Source: Mobula hypostoma (Eukaryota). Taken from it: a DNA stretch of 64,000 bases. The stretch covers positions 65,474,001 through 65,538,000 of the forward strand of contig NC_086108.1 in NCBI RefSeq assembly GCF_963921235.1, read 5' to 3'. Made by a program: the position numbers and the translations under genes. The notes under the pieces were generated by a model. The model worked only from the letters and a program-made list of their open reading frames with translations. It made no database searches and was not told the origin of the DNA. Positions 1 through 13,439 of the stretch are shown one piece after another (position 1 is the stretch's first letter; each line of letters opens with the position of its first letter).

Positions 1-160
1 GGCTCTTGTACTACCTTCCTGATGGCAGCAACAAGGAGAGAACATTCCCTGGGTTGTGGGAGTTCCTGAAGATGGATGCTACTTTCCTGTGACAACTCTC
101 CATGTATACATGCTCAATGGTGGAGAGGACTTTACCCATGATGGACTGGGTTGTAACCTA
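1..160 (-). mobile_element. Rex1/Babar-type LINE fragment
   Basis: cttgtactaccttcctgatggcagc...gatggatgctactttcctg resembles the other minus-strand copies (e.g. 55470-55620). Confidence 0.6.
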
Positions 161-1165
161 AGTATGAATTATTTTTAAATATTCCGTTTCTAAACATCAT
201 GAATTATTTTAGTGTCAGCAAAGAAGCCTGCTGCCGAATGCAATTGAACTCATTTCCTCAGCTGATAAATCACCATTTAGAAGAAGTATGGAGGGCAATG
301 CTGAGGTGTACAGAGGAATGCACTCGTGTTGAGGACTTCAATATCCAAGACATTTGCAACTTGGTGGATCAATGCTGTTAAGGATCCTGCCATTTACTTG
401 ACTCAAAGAGTAACATTTTGTGCTTGTCTGAATTAAACTCTAACTGCCATTTCTTTGACTATACTGTAGGTCCAACTGACCTACAGTATATCCTTTGACA
501 ACCTTCTTCACTGTCCATAACTCTTTCAAATTTTGTGTTGTCTGCAAACTTTCTAATCAGTTCACATTTTTGAACAGATCATTATACTGTATGTTACAAA
601 GAGCAGAGGTTCCAAAACTGATCCCTGATATTAGTTATCAGAAAGAGAAACAATAGACCTTTACCATTGGCACAGATTCTCTTTAGGAAATGACGAAGAA
701 TCTTATGTATAATGCTTTAAAGCATTTCTCTTTCCTCAGTCTACATTACTGTGCATTGAAAAGAATCATGGCTCCATAACTCATTAAAGAACAGACAAAA
801 TTAGGAACAAGAGAGGCTCACTCAACCCCTAAGTTTCTCCACCATTAAGTAGGATCATGGTTACTTACAGAGTCTATTTACATTGGCTAGTTAATGTACT
901 AACCTGTACACCTTTGCGAGATGGGATGAAACCAGCACATATAAGGAAAGCACATGGTCACAGGGCAAACGTGCAAGCTCCACAAAGACAGGAGCCAAGG
1001 CTGGAATTGAATCCAGGTTTCTGTAGCTGTGAAGCAGCAGCTCTATTACTTGTGTCATTATACATCCCTTGCAAACTCCACGCAGGTAGGACCTGAGGTT
1101 GATTTTGAACCTGGGTCCCTGGCTTGGTATGAAGAATTTAAAATAAAATGTCGAATTTAGATTAG

Positions 1166-1550
1166 TAGACATTCTGAGGAGGCCTCCATCGGTCTGAGTT
1201 GACCATGGATATTGTGTCCTAGCTGTTTAGATATGCAAGCCTGGGCAGTACGATATGGAGAGCAAAATGTTGACCATGTAGCAAGCTCCCTCCTCACACA
1301 ACTGTTGAACCCAAAGGAATGGCAGAGACCGATATAGTTTGGTACCAGCAGCATTGCAGGAGTTGCCAGCTAGCATTGAATTCAATGTAGGACTGTCTTA
1401 GGGACTCCTGCTCCAGATTGTTCCCTTGGGGTTTACACCTGAAGCCATCCCCATGAGTGGGAATAGCCACAAGGCAGTGGAGGTTTGAGATCAGAGTTTT
1501 TCTTCTCCTAGGTGAGCTGCCAGTCACGGCTGACGAACCCCCATCTGCCC
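1166..1550 (-). mobile_element. Non-autonomous RTE-derived repeat (RTE-like 5' UTR)
   Basis: The minus strand contains GGCAGCTCACCTAGGAGAAGAAAAACTCTGATCTCAAACC, a motif recalled from RTE 5' UTRs. No intact ORF. Confidence 0.45.
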
Positions 1551-2004
1551 AAAATTAATGCATAGATATTAATGCAGGGGTAAATACTTGCGTTTCAGAT
1601 AAACGCAACCTCCAGGCTGAGACTCCCGATTGAATTGAATGGGAACTGTTCCCCAGCGTAATACTGAGGAATCTCAGCATGACACTGATCAATTTTCACA
1701 CTCCATGTGAACTCCAGTGGCAGAGTGGAGTGATGAATGTTACCAGCATTTGTGTCTCAGCACAATCCAGGTGCATGGTAGATTTGTGCAAGTCCAGGAC
1801 TTGCTCATCATATAATGGGTGCATGATTGAATGTTATGATTAATTAAGTTCCATGGAGCATTGTTCTGGTTAAAATAGGTTATTGTTACAATTTTATTTG
1901 AAAGAACTGAATGATTTTTCTTTGTTTTAAAGCCAAGGAATAAATATATTCTTCTACTTAAGTGAACTAAAACTGACAATAATATTTCTTCCTATCGTCA
2001 ACAG

Positions 2005-2340
2005 GAATTTGATGATGCTTCATTTTCTGAAGAAGAGCTAGTTGATGAACCTGGGGTGAATTTAAAGTTATTGAACTTAGATCCCAGTAATGTTGATGAT
2101 GCCGCTGAATATTTGACGACCGAGACATTGGCAAGAGATCAGTGGACCCAAAATAATGAACAGCAGCAAATATTGGTGGGTGATGAGCAAAAGGTGAACC
2201 CAGGAATTTGTGAAACGATTCATCAGCAGAATATAAATGATCAGCTGGAATATTATGAACCTTTGGCCCTAACATCTACAAGTACAATGAATAACCAGCT
2301 TCTTAATACTTCACTTTTATTTCCGTATGATACAAATGAT
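2005..2340 (+). CDS. PATJ: PATJ internal coding exon (linker after PDZ5): EFDDASFSEEELVDEPGVNLK...PYDTND, phase 0-0
   Basis: Acceptor ttcttcctatcgtcaacAG|GAA at 2004/2005 and donor GAT|GTAAGT at 2340/2341. The 336 nt are open, in the same frame as ORF 2056..2370. EEELVDEP resembles the recalled human PATJ EELVDEP. Confidence 0.85.
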
Positions 2341-3541
2341 GTAAGTATAATATTACCGATGTGTTCTTAAATAGAATCTCTAAATTTTACAGATCAGATG
2401 TCCCAAGTTTATTTAACCTGGTTTGTAAGCATACAATAAACTTAAGTAATGTTGCTTGGTTTTTAGTAATTTTTTTCTAAATTGTAAGTGTTCTCAGTTA
2501 CTTGTGTAGAGAAGTAAAAAGTAGGATCTGTAGAACACAGGAATTGCTGGATTAATAAATACAATTGCTTTCTTTCTATCGCAAGTACAGCAATAAATGT
2601 TGTTGACTAAATGTGAGAATCACTTGGTTTCTAGTAGTTTTAGACGAGATGAAGAAAAGCCATATTGGTGGAAATCCACTTAATCAAACTATGCAAGCAT
2701 ATGTATCTGCTGAAGACGAGGCAAGCGGTCCCGGGTTTGAATCCAGCCAGCTCCATGTAGGCTTTCTATCCTCGCTGGGTGAGCGCCAAGCTAGCAACTC
2801 GGCCTTGTTAAGAAAAACAGACAAAAATGCTAAAGAAATTGCAAGGTTGCTGTCAGATGCACCACAGGGCACAGATAGGAAAAAGGGAAAAAGAAAGCAT
2901 TAGCAATATTGTTTGCAGAAAACTTTTCTTCAGAACTTTTAAGATTGTTTTAATGTCTTATAAAATATCCCACATTTGTCTCTGTTTATGCAACAGCTTC
3001 TTTCTTGGTTGTGAATAAACAAAACTAACCTTTGTATGTCGTTATACTCAATACTCCTTCCTCTTTCTCCTCTTTTTCCAAGACAACATCTCCTCATCTC
3101 ATTGCTATCTTCTACACCCTCTGCTTTTCTTCTTAAGAGTTTAACTCCATTCAGAATGCTCTCGTCTGGTACAAAGATGAGAGACCAGATGCAATGCATC
3201 TGAGCTCCAGTTTGTCTCTGACTTGTATGTTCCAATGCACAAGCATAGAAGTCAGAAATGAGTTAACTCTCAATGAAGTCATCCCTTAGGGTTCGCTGAG
3301 GATCTGCTGGCTACAGGTGAGTATGATACAGCTGAATAACTAGGTTTGTGTACGAAACAATATTATTGTACTCTTGCTAGAGGATTTAAAAAAATATAAC
3401 TTCCTTGCTTTGCATTGCACGTACCTATTTAAGGAAAAGAAAGATGAATGAATGGAGGAGGAGAAGATAGAAACTAAACAATGCAGCATCAGCAATGCAG
3501 ACCTATGCCACGTGATCCACAGAATGCAGAATCTCTGTCTG

Positions 3542-5378
3542 ATAAGACCATAAGATATAGGAGCAGAAGTAGGCCATTCAGCCCATCGAGTCTGCCCCGC
3601 CATTCAATCATGGGTTGATCCAATTCATCCAGTCATCCCCGCTCCCCTGCCTTCACCCCATACCCTTTGATGCCCTGACTAGTCAAGAACCTATCTATCT
3701 CTGCCTTAAATACGCCCAATGACTTGGCCTCCACAGCCGTTCATGGCAACAAATTCCACAGATTTATCACCCTTTGACTAAAACAATTTCTTCATATCTT
3801 TGTTCTAAATTTATGTCCTTCAATCCTAAAGTTGTGCCCTCTTGTCCTAGACTCCCTTACCATGGGAGATATTTTGCCATATCTAATCTGTTCAGGCCTT
3901 TTAACATTCTGAATGTTTCAATGAGATCCCCCCTCATTCTTTTGAACTCCAGGGAATACAGCCCAAGAGCTGCCAGACATTCCTCATACGGTAACCCTTT
4001 CATTCCTGGGATTATTCTCGTGAATCTTCTCTCCAATGTCAGTATATCCTTCCTAAAATAAGGAGCCCAAAACTGCACACAATACTCCAAGTGTTACCTC
4101 ACGAGTGCCTTGTAGAGCTTCAACATCACATCCCTGCTCTTATATTCTATACCTCTAGAAATGAATGCCAACATTGCATTTGCCTTCTTCACCACCGACG
4201 CAACCTGGAGGTTAACCTTTAGGGTATTCTGCACAAGGCCTAAGTCCCAAGTCCCTTTGCATCTCTGCATTTTGAATTCTCTCCCCATCTAAGTAACAGT
4301 CTGCCCGTTTATTTCTTCCACCAAAGTGCATGACCATATACTTTCCAATGTTGTATTTCATTTGCCACTTCTTTGCCCATTCCCCTAGATTATCTATGTC
4401 TCTCTGCAGGCTGTCTGTTTTCCTCAACACTACCTGCTCCTCCACCTATCTTTGTATCATCGGCAAATTTAGCCACAAAACCATTAATCCCATAGACCAA
4501 ATCATTGACATATATCATAAAAAGCTCCGGTCCCAGCACTGACCCCTATAGAACTTCACTGGTAATCGGCAGCCAGCCAGACTAAGATCCCTTTATTCCC
4601 ACTCTGTTTTCTGCCGATCAGCCAATGCTCCACCCTTTCTAGTAACTTCCCTGTAATTCCATGGGCTCTTATTTTGCTAAGCAGCTTCATGTGTGGCACC
4701 TTGTCAAAGGCCTTCTGAAAATCCAAGTACACCACATCTACTGCATCTCCTTTGTCTACCCTGTTTGCAATTTCCTCAAAAAATTGCAATAGGTTAGTCA
4801 GGCAGGATTTTCCTTTCAGGAAACCATGCTGACTTTGGCCTATCTTGTCATGTGCCTCCAGGTACACCGTAATCTCATCCCTAACAATCAATTTCAACAA
4901 TTTCCCAACCACTGATATCAGACTAACAGGTCTATAGTTTCCTTTCTGCTGCCTCCCACCCTTCTTAAATAGCAGAGTAACATATGCAATTTTCCAGTCA
5001 TCTGGGTACAATGCCAGGATCTATCGATTCCTGAAAGATAATTGTTAATGCCTCCACGATCTCTCCAGCTACTTCCTTCAGAACCCGAGGGTGCATTCTG
5101 TTAGGTCCAGGAGATTTATCCACCCTTAGACCATTAAAGCTCCCTGAGCACCTTCTCAATCATAATTTTCACTGCACATACTTCAGTTCCCTGACACGCT
5201 TGAATGTCCGGTATACTGCAGATGTCTTCCACTGTGAAGACTGATGCAAAATACGCATTCAGTTCCTCTGCTATCTCTGTGTCTCTCATTACAATATCTC
5301 CAGCGTCATTTTCTATTGGTCCTATGCCTACCCTTGACTCTCTTTTACCCCTTATTATTTAAAAAAAGCTATTAATAT
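3542..5378 (-). mobile_element. 5'-truncated CR1 LINE (degenerate ORF2/RT)
   Basis: Minus-strand ORF pieces: DWKIA.VT.LFKKG..NYRPVSL, YLDFQKAFDKVPH, EYCVQFWAPY. The 3' tail repeat ATAAGACCATAAGA is at 3542. Confidence 0.92.
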
Positions 5379-6112
5379 CTTCAGAAAGAGCCACCTAGCT
5401 TAATTTTGTCTTCCAGTACTTTATCTGTAACCCAGCAATCTTAGTTCTTCAAGTACAGACTCAACTATATTTTAAATGTGGTCAAGATTTCTGGCTCTGG
5501 CAACTTTTCAGATAACATTCTCACTGATTCTTGGAAATCCTTTTCCTTTCATCGTTCAAAGTTGAGAAGGAACATTTGAGATAGTTCTGAGAATTTTGTG
5601 CCCATGGTTTAGGAGCAGCCAAGGACACAGCATAAAAGGCAGAAGCAGTAGGTCATTTCATAAGCTGTCTACCCTTTCAGGCACCTTGTGTCATTTGTGA
5701 CAGTTTTACAGTTCGCGCAGTGACCTCATCGGTCACTTCCCATCCCGCAAACTGGTGTGGAAGTAAATCACTCTCAGTCACGAGGGACTGCATCAGAAGA
5801 AAAAGAATAGTTAAAATTTCTATATCCTTTTTGTTCATTCTATAAAGAGAAAAATAGATTTTTTTTAATAGATTCTTTATCTAACAAGGACCATCATAAT
5901 TTTAGATACATACCTCATTTACATCACTCCTTTTCTTTTGTTATTCCAAATCTCAGCTTCTCTAATCTTTGATCAATCTGGTGACAAAAACCATTGGCTG
6001 ACTAGTGGTGTAGTTCATATATACCTTGTTGCTCTTAATGATGAGAATATAAAATATAAAGGAAAGTACCCCAAATACTTTTTGAACCACTAATTCATCT
6101 ATCTGCTACCTT

Positions 6113-6437
6113 AAGAGGAATAGATAGAGTGGATAGCCAGCGCCTCTTCCCCAGGGCACCGCTGCTCAATACAAGAGGACATGGCTTTAAGGTAAGGGGT
6201 GGGAAGTTCAAGGGGGATACTAGAGGAAGGTTTTTTACTCAGAGAGTGGTTGGTGCGTGGAATGCACTGCCTGAGTCAGTGGTGGAGGCAGATACACTAG
6301 TGAAGTTTAAGAGACTACTAGACAGGTATATGGAGGAATCTAAGGTGGGGGCTTATATGGGAGGCAGGGTTTGAGGGTCGGCACAATATTGTGGGCCGAA
6401 GGGCCTGTACTGTGCTGTACTATTCTATGTTCTATGT
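6113..6437 (+). mobile_element. Short 3' fragment of the young CR1 family at 41280-45402
   Basis: Nearly identical to 45072-45395; ORF 6129..6374 matches the end of ORF 44858..45331. Has a (TTCTATG)n tail. Confidence 0.93.
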
Positions 6438-7227
6438 TTAAAGAATCTTTGTATTTCCCTCTGTACCTCTGCACTATTCAGTAATATCCCATTAATTGTG
6501 CATCCTGTTAGATTATTGTGCCTCCTAAATGCATCGCACATGCTTGCCTGAGTTAATTTCCTTTTCCCATTTCTCCATTCAACTTCCTGGACTACCTATA
6601 CCTTCTAGAGGACCAAAGCTTTCCTCTTTAAAGTCAATAAAAGCAATATTTTCATATCATCTGTTAACTCTTCTCTCACTGCTCTCAAACTGGTGATACA
6701 GTATTATGTTAATGAAACTCTATTATGTTTTCTGAGGTGATTATAGATAGCATGAACCCCTTTCTAAGGCTTGTTAACATACAGCATTTTATGTATGTAG
6801 TAAAACATGTCTTAGGGGAGATTGCATATCTGTTATGTCCATTGTATATGCATTTAAATTTCATATTAATCCAAAGTTATTGATTTAAATACTACCTAAT
6901 TGTTGTATTGAAATGCATGTTAAACTTGCTACACAGAACTTCCATTAAGAACCTGAGAGTAACGTTAAAATCAAATGAACAATGCTACACTGACACCGAG
7001 AATGAATGAATCTTGTTTGAATGTATATATACGTGTGTGTATGTGTGTGTGTACTTTTTAATTAAGATTCTGCGATTTAGTGTTTTTTGCATAATTATTT
7101 AAACTATTTCACTATTTCTGTTTTGGTAATATAACATTTATATATGCTAAAGGTACCAAGATTGTGAGTCATGAGTGAAGTGACTATCACAAGTGCTATT
7201 TTAAATCTATATATTTTACAGTATATA

Positions 7228-8650
7228 TGTATGTCAATGATTTGGATGATGGAATTGATGGCTTTGTGGCCAAGTTTGCAGACCATATGAAGATAGGTAG
7301 AGGCGCAGGTAGTGTTGAGGAAGCAGGGTGACAGATTAGGAGAATGGGGAAAGGAGTGGCAGATGGAATAGGGTGTAGGTATGTGTATGGTCATGCCATT
7401 TAGCAGAGGAATAAGGTCATAGTCTATTTTCTGAGTGGGGGGAAATTTCAAAAATTAGAGGTGCAAGGGGACTTGGGAGTCCTTGTACAGGATTTTTTGC
7501 AGGTTGAATTGTTCATGCAGTGTTAACATTCATTTTGAGAGGACCAGAATAAAAAATCAAGGATGCAATACTGTGGCTTTATAAGGCATTGGTGAGGTCT
7601 CACTTGGAGTATTGTGAGTACTGTTGGGCCCCTTATCTAAGAAAAGATGTGCTGTCATTGGAAAGGGTCCAAAAGGAGGTTCATGAGAATGATTTCAGGA
7701 ATGAAAGGGTTAACATCTATATATAACCATATAACAATTACAGCACGGAATCAGGCCATCTCGGCCCTTCTAGTTTGTGCTGAACTCTTACTCTCACCTA
7801 GTCCCACCGCCCTGCAGTCAGCACATAACCCTCCATTCCTTTCCTGTCCATGTATCTATCCAATTTAACTTTAAACGACAACATCGAACCAGCCATCATC
7901 AAGGACCCCCACCATCCAGGCCATGCTCTCTTCTATCACGAAGGAGATTCAGGACCCTTAGGTCCTACACTACCAAGTTAAGGAACATTTATTACCCCCT
8001 CAACCAACAGGCTCTTAAACCAGAGGTAATAACTGCACTTTCTCCAACACTGGACTGATTCCACAACCTATGGGCTTACTTCTAATCTCACCCATTCTCA
8101 GTGGAAAAAGCTGCTTGCATTTACACTATCTATACCCCTCATAATTTTGTACGCTTCATCATCGTAAACTTAGGGCTGACCTCGTGTTTTCTTGATCAAC
8201 ACTGGACCGATTCTGAAGAGTGTTTGATGGTTCTGGCCCTGTACTCGCTGGAGTGTAGAAGAATTAAATATTTCATTGAACCCTTTCAAATATTGAAAGG
8301 CCTAAATAGAATGGATATGGAGAGGGAGTTTCCTATAGTGGGGGAGTCTAGGACTGGAGGGCACAGCCTCATAATAAAGAGACGTCCCTTTGGAACAGAG
8401 ATCAGGAGGAATTTCTTCAGGTAGAGAATAGTGAATCTTTGAAATTGATTTCCACAGATGGAGGCTAGGACATTGGGTATATTTAAAGCAGAGGTTGATA
8501 GGTTCTTGATTAGTCAGGGTGTCGAATGTTATGGGAGAAATCAGGAGAATGGGGTTGAGAGGGATAATAAATCAGCCATGATGGAATGGCAGAGTAGATT
8601 TGATGGGCTGAATGGCCTAATCCTGCTCTTCTGTCTTCTGGTCTTCATGT
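7228..8650 (+). mobile_element. Degenerate CR1 LINE interrupted by a minus-strand CR1 3' end (~7720-7890) and a Rex-like fragment (~7891-8060)
   Basis: Contains CR1 RT/C-terminal remnants (ggctttgtggccaagtttgcagac; ALYSLECRR; GIFKAEVDRFLISQG). The inserted TATAACCATATAACAATTACAGCACGG matches the copy at 25387. Confidence 0.75.
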
Positions 8651-8743
8651 TGAAATGATCCAGATTGAGGTGTTGAATTTAGTGTTACAAACAGTATGTT
8701 CATTTGATTGTGATGTACCATAATATATTTTGTCTTCTTTTAG

Positions 8744-8864
8744 AATGAAGAGAATTTCAATGGAAATTCATTGTCCTCTGCAAGTGATACGGACATTGTC
8801 CAAGTTATGGTGCCAGAAGATTATGAAAGAACTGTTACCATAGTGAGAAATGGCCATGATCTAG
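8744..8864 (+). CDS. PATJ: PATJ exon NEENFNGNSLSSASDTDIVQVMVPEDYERTVTIVRNGHDL(G), start of the extra PDZ domain, phase 0-1
   Basis: Acceptor tttgtcttcttttAG|AAT and donor CTAG|GTATGA; 121 nt. YERTVTIVRNGHDLG is a PDZ betaA plus carboxylate-binding loop, similar to recalled MPDZ FERTINIAKGNSSLG. Confidence 0.88.
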
Positions 8865-10104
8865 GTATGACTGGTTTTAAATAATGCATGGAATTGTGGA
8901 AGATTGCGAACCAATTCCTCATTCAGTCAATATTTTAAAACCATGCAAGTATTTTCTGGAAAACCCTCAAATATTTTCAGAAGTTTTGCTGTATTTGCAG
9001 CTTCAGGAGTATATCAAATAATACCTATCTAGAAATGGAATTAATTTGACCTAGTTTTCATAAATAGTTTGACTGTGCTTCTTGTTATCTCCTTCATCAT
9101 GTTAGACATAACTAAAAACTCACAAAACATCTCATCAGGGTGTATTGAAAGTATCACAATAATCAGCCTCATCCGTGTTCTTTGAGAAGGGTAGATTTCT
9201 GGAGCCTCCCTCAGGCTTGTTCCCTGCATTTAATGCCAGACTACAGCCAGTGATACATTTTGGGATTATCATTATCAATCAACTCCAAGTTTGATGAAGT
9301 ATCCTGGCCTGAAACATCGGTTGTTTATTCCTCTCCATGAATGCAGACCAGACCCTCTTGCTGAGCTCCTCCAACATTTTGTGCATGTTGTTCGGAATTT
9401 GCAGCATCTGCACAATCTTGTGTTTGCCAAGTTCTTCTTTCACCTCTTGTTTCTCCTGTTTGGTGTTTTCCTTTGGAAATGGGTTCTGTTGAGACTTTAC
9501 AAAGCCAAAGCAGAAACTCCATACACTTGTAAACTCTGTCCTGATCTTGCAACAGCAGAGGTGGTGATGAAGGTTTCTATTGATGATCACAGTGAAACTT
9601 GAATGGTGAGGATTGCAGACTGCATACTGGGTTTGCTCTGTTTGGGATTTAATGGGCGCTTTACCCATAAGGCTCAACGTGGCCATCTTGATATTGGCCG
9701 GGAATTGCACATGCGAGTCCCCTTATCCTGTTTTTTGTGTGTTGGACTTTGGAGATAAAGGTGTTTCCATATTCTTTTCATTATCTTACGTATGGAGATA
9801 ACTTCTACTGTGGGTAATAGAAGGAAAAAAATCAAAAATAGGGTCAAGGTGGGATATCCAATTGTTCAGATCGAGTCACAATTGATTTCAGAGTGTGAAC
9901 AGCAGTATTTCTTTTAAGCTCACTTGCCATATCTTGTGAAAACATGGGCAATGTCAGAAATACTATATTACTGTGATCACCTCCTATCAACTTCTTGGAA
10001 GGCCAACTTTAATGAATCTCTAGTCTGCTGGTGCACATGATCCGTCCTCTTTTTAACCATGACTTTGATATCCCCTGAGTGGAACAAGTTACTGTGCCTT
10101 ACTC

Positions 10105-10260
10105 TGTTGCTCCCCATCTCACCCTCACTCTGTCTCTCTGTCTGTCTGTCTGACTCGGTCACTGAATCTCCTTGACACCCTCTCCCTCTCTCGCTCTGTC
10201 TCTCTGTGTAAATCTCTTTTCCTCTGCCTCCCGCTTCCTCATTCTCCCTCTCTATCTGTG
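10105..10260. repeat. CT-rich low-complexity / degenerate (TC)n,(TGTC)n microsatellite
   Basis: ctctgtctctctgtctgtctgtctg...ctctccctctctcgctctgtctctctg. Confidence 0.7.
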
Positions 10261-11206
10261 ACTTGTCATTCAGCATTAGGACAGGTAGCATCCAAGCTGC
10301 CTTCTAAAATGAGAGCTTGCCCCATTAAATGTATAAATTTAGAGCATGATCTCCAATAGCAATAACATGTAAAAGTCAGAAAAATACAAGACAAGCCCCA
10401 CTTCCAAGCAATATAAAAGCCAGATTGATTAATTTTTTGATGTTTTACTTTTAATATTCTGAAATAATTATTTACCCTACTTAACCCTTATATTTACATC
10501 CCAAGATGCTAAAATTATATTTAAAAAATACAATCAGTAAATCTGGAGAACTGATGAAGTCTTCACCTCCTTCCTCGCCTTAACTTTAATTTCTCCATAA
10601 AGACTATCTAAGCAATATATGAATAAAACCCTGAAGGCCAAAGGAATGAAAGCTTTAGTTTTGTGTTCTACATTTGCTTGTGTTCCAAAAGGTGCACTAA
10701 TGAGCACTGCATTTCAAGAACACTAATTTAATATCAGAGTAAGGTATATTTTGCATTGGCTCTGACTCAATGAAACACGTCCTGGAAATGCATCTGCATG
10801 TTGGCAAAAAAAAACACACAAAATGATGTAACAAATTTTGTACATATTTCTGGGAGAGTTAATCCTTTCATGTCACCAAAACCATATGTTGTGAGGATAT
10901 GAACTTCCTGACCAAGAATTTATTTATAATTCCACCCAAGTTTACAAATGGCTGTTTTATGTACAGCATGTACGTAAGAGGAAGCATATGGAAGACCATT
11001 GGGATGAATTTGCCAGCTGCTGCGGAGCGGCAAAAATCTTCTACTGGGTAGAAGCACAGTTTGTGGCATTAATTTGACAACTAGAAAAAATTGCAATCCT
11101 TTGTTATGGATATGAAAATACAATATAAATATGCAGCAGTAAATAATTGCTAGGTCCTCAGTAGCTCTGTTAACTACTTTTTAAAAATAAATTTAATGGA
11201 AATCTT

Positions 11207-11530
11207 TGGGTGGCAAGCTAGCACACTTTACAGGTCACTGATCAGGGTTTGATTCTCACCGCTGTCTTTAAGGAGTTTGTAAGTTCGGTTTATGATCATG
11301 TGGGTTTCCTCTGGTTCCTCTGGTTTTCTCCCCTTATTGCCTCTCAAAGATATACACCTAGGGTTAGTAGGTGTGGATGTGTTATGTTGGCACCGGAAAG
11401 GTGCGGACAGTTGCGGGGGCTGCACCCAGCACAATACTTGCTATTTTTGATTTGATGCACATGACACATTTCATGGTATGCTTCAACGCACATATAACAA
11501 ATAAAGTTAATATTTAAATCTTTAATCTTT
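11207..11530 (+). mobile_element. tRNA-derived V-domain SINE with Rex-like tail
   Basis: B-box-like GGGTTTGATTCTC, V-domain-like GTGGGTTTCCTCTGGTTCCTCTGGTTTTCTCCC, and an AATAAAG plus (TAATCTT)n tail. Similar to 39112-39440. Confidence 0.6.
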
Positions 11531-11658
11531 TACATCAGTACAGTATATTCCATTGCAGGATGTTAATAATTGATATTGGAAATAGTTAATCTTTAATTGT
11601 AATTTTAAAAGTTTAATCAAAGTGATTTTGAATGGAAATTTGGATTGGCAATTATATA

Positions 11659-13205
11659 CAGTGGATTCTGGTCAATTGGGACACCTCTGGATCAGTACAT
11701 TTTGGCCCAATTAAGTGGTTGCACCAATTAGCCAAAGTTTCATGGGAATAGCATAAAGATGTAAAACTGCATTTAGCTCAGTAGCAAGTTATGTACTTAA
11801 ATGAAATACAGAACAAATTGGAACACTGCCGATATTACTGCAGTGTTATAAACCTGGTAGTTTTTGGCAGAGGAATTCATAGAGTGTATGTTATATTGTT
11901 CTTCTGATTTACTAAATGAACAAAATCAGCACAGACAGCGCATCCAGATAATGGCCTGGCTTCATAGAGTCATAGACCACTACAGCACAAAAACAGACCC
12001 TTTGGCCCATCTAATCCATGCCGAATCATTAATCTGTCTGGTCCCATTGACCTGCATCTGGGATATAGCCCTCCATATCCCTCCCATCCATATACCTATC
12101 TAAATTTCTTTTTAATGTTGAAATCAATCCCACATCTACCACTTGCGCTGGCAGCTGATTTCACACTCATTCCAACCACTGTGAAGAAGTTCCCTCTCAT
12201 GTTCCCCTTAAGTATTTCACCTGTCACCCTTAACCCATGACCTCTAATTGTAGTCTCGCCCAACCTTAGTGGAAAAAGCCAAATGCATTTACCCTATGTA
12301 TACCCCTCAAAATTTTATATACATCTATCAAATCTCCCCTCAGTCTTCTGAGGAATAAAGCCCTAAACTATTGAACCTTTCCCTCTAATCAGGTCCTCAA
12401 GTCTGAGTAACATCTCGTAAATTTTCTCTGCACTCTTCAATCTTATTTACATCTTTCCTCTAGGCAGGTGACCAAAACTGGACATGATACTCCAAATTAG
12501 TCCTCACCAGCATCTTACACAACTTCAACATAACATCCCAAATCCTGTACACCGTACACTGTTTTATGAAGGCCAGTGTGCTAAAAGTTTTCTTTATGAC
12601 GCTTCCAGCATGAAATATTTTCAAATATCACTGCTTTTTAATTCAGCCTTGGTCAACCTAAATGAATATTATTACACAAGCATGCGCAACTGACACTATT
12701 TAAAAACTGCTGAATCTAAGCACAGAATATTGTCTAATGGGCATATAACTGCATGTGACTGACACTAGTTAGGTGTTACATCTTCCAAATCTTCATTTTT
12801 CTTGCAACATTCAAAATTATTTTCGATATCTTCAAATTCTTAAAAGATCCTAACTTGCTGAAGAAGTAAAATTGTTTAATTTTCACTCCTGGCTGTTTCT
12901 CACATCTCCAAGGTGAATACTAAAACCACAGTGATCAAGACCCTTCTGAATTGTCTTACTGCTTATCAGTGGGTGGCGTAAATCACTGCTGTTTGAATGC
13001 AAACACACACAACTGACACTATTTAAAAACTGTTCACTGTAAGCATGGTGTAGTAGCTAACTGTTCTGCAAAAGTCTCTTGTCCCAATTAAGCAACATTG
13101 TGCCCCAAATAAGAAAGGAAATTCTGGCCATTTTCTCGATTAGTTTTTGTTCTTTAAGAATAGTCCCAATTAAGTGGCTGCCCTGATCAACCAATGGCAG
13201 AGTTA
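11659..13205. mobile_element. Old TcMar/Tigger-like non-autonomous DNA transposon with a minus-strand CR1 insertion (~11965-12600)
   Basis: Starts TA-CAGTGGATTCTGGTCAATTGGGAC, has repeated CCCAATTAAG subterminal motifs near both ends, and has an internal CR1 3' end (catagagtcatagaccactacagcac...). Confidence 0.55.
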
Positions 13206-13439
13206 ACATGCAAAAAAAATGAATTAGATTTTTTTTACTGTTTTCAATTTCAACTGTTACTGAATATCTGGTATAAATTTAGCCATCGATTGAATTATAT
13301 AAATAGGTCATCCCATTGTAGAGTTATTTTATACCGGTAATTAAGTTCAGTTAATGAAGAAATTACTTATGGAAATGGTTTAATCTCATATTTTTGCAAA
13401 AATTATTTGTTCTGCCTACCATGAAGAATTTCAAATCAT

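Noticed and set aside
1380..1550. Possible HDV-like ribozyme in the RTE-like 5' UTR
   Set aside because: RTE 5' UTRs can carry HDV-like ribozymes, but I could not build the nested double pseudoknot by eye; a descriptor search is needed.
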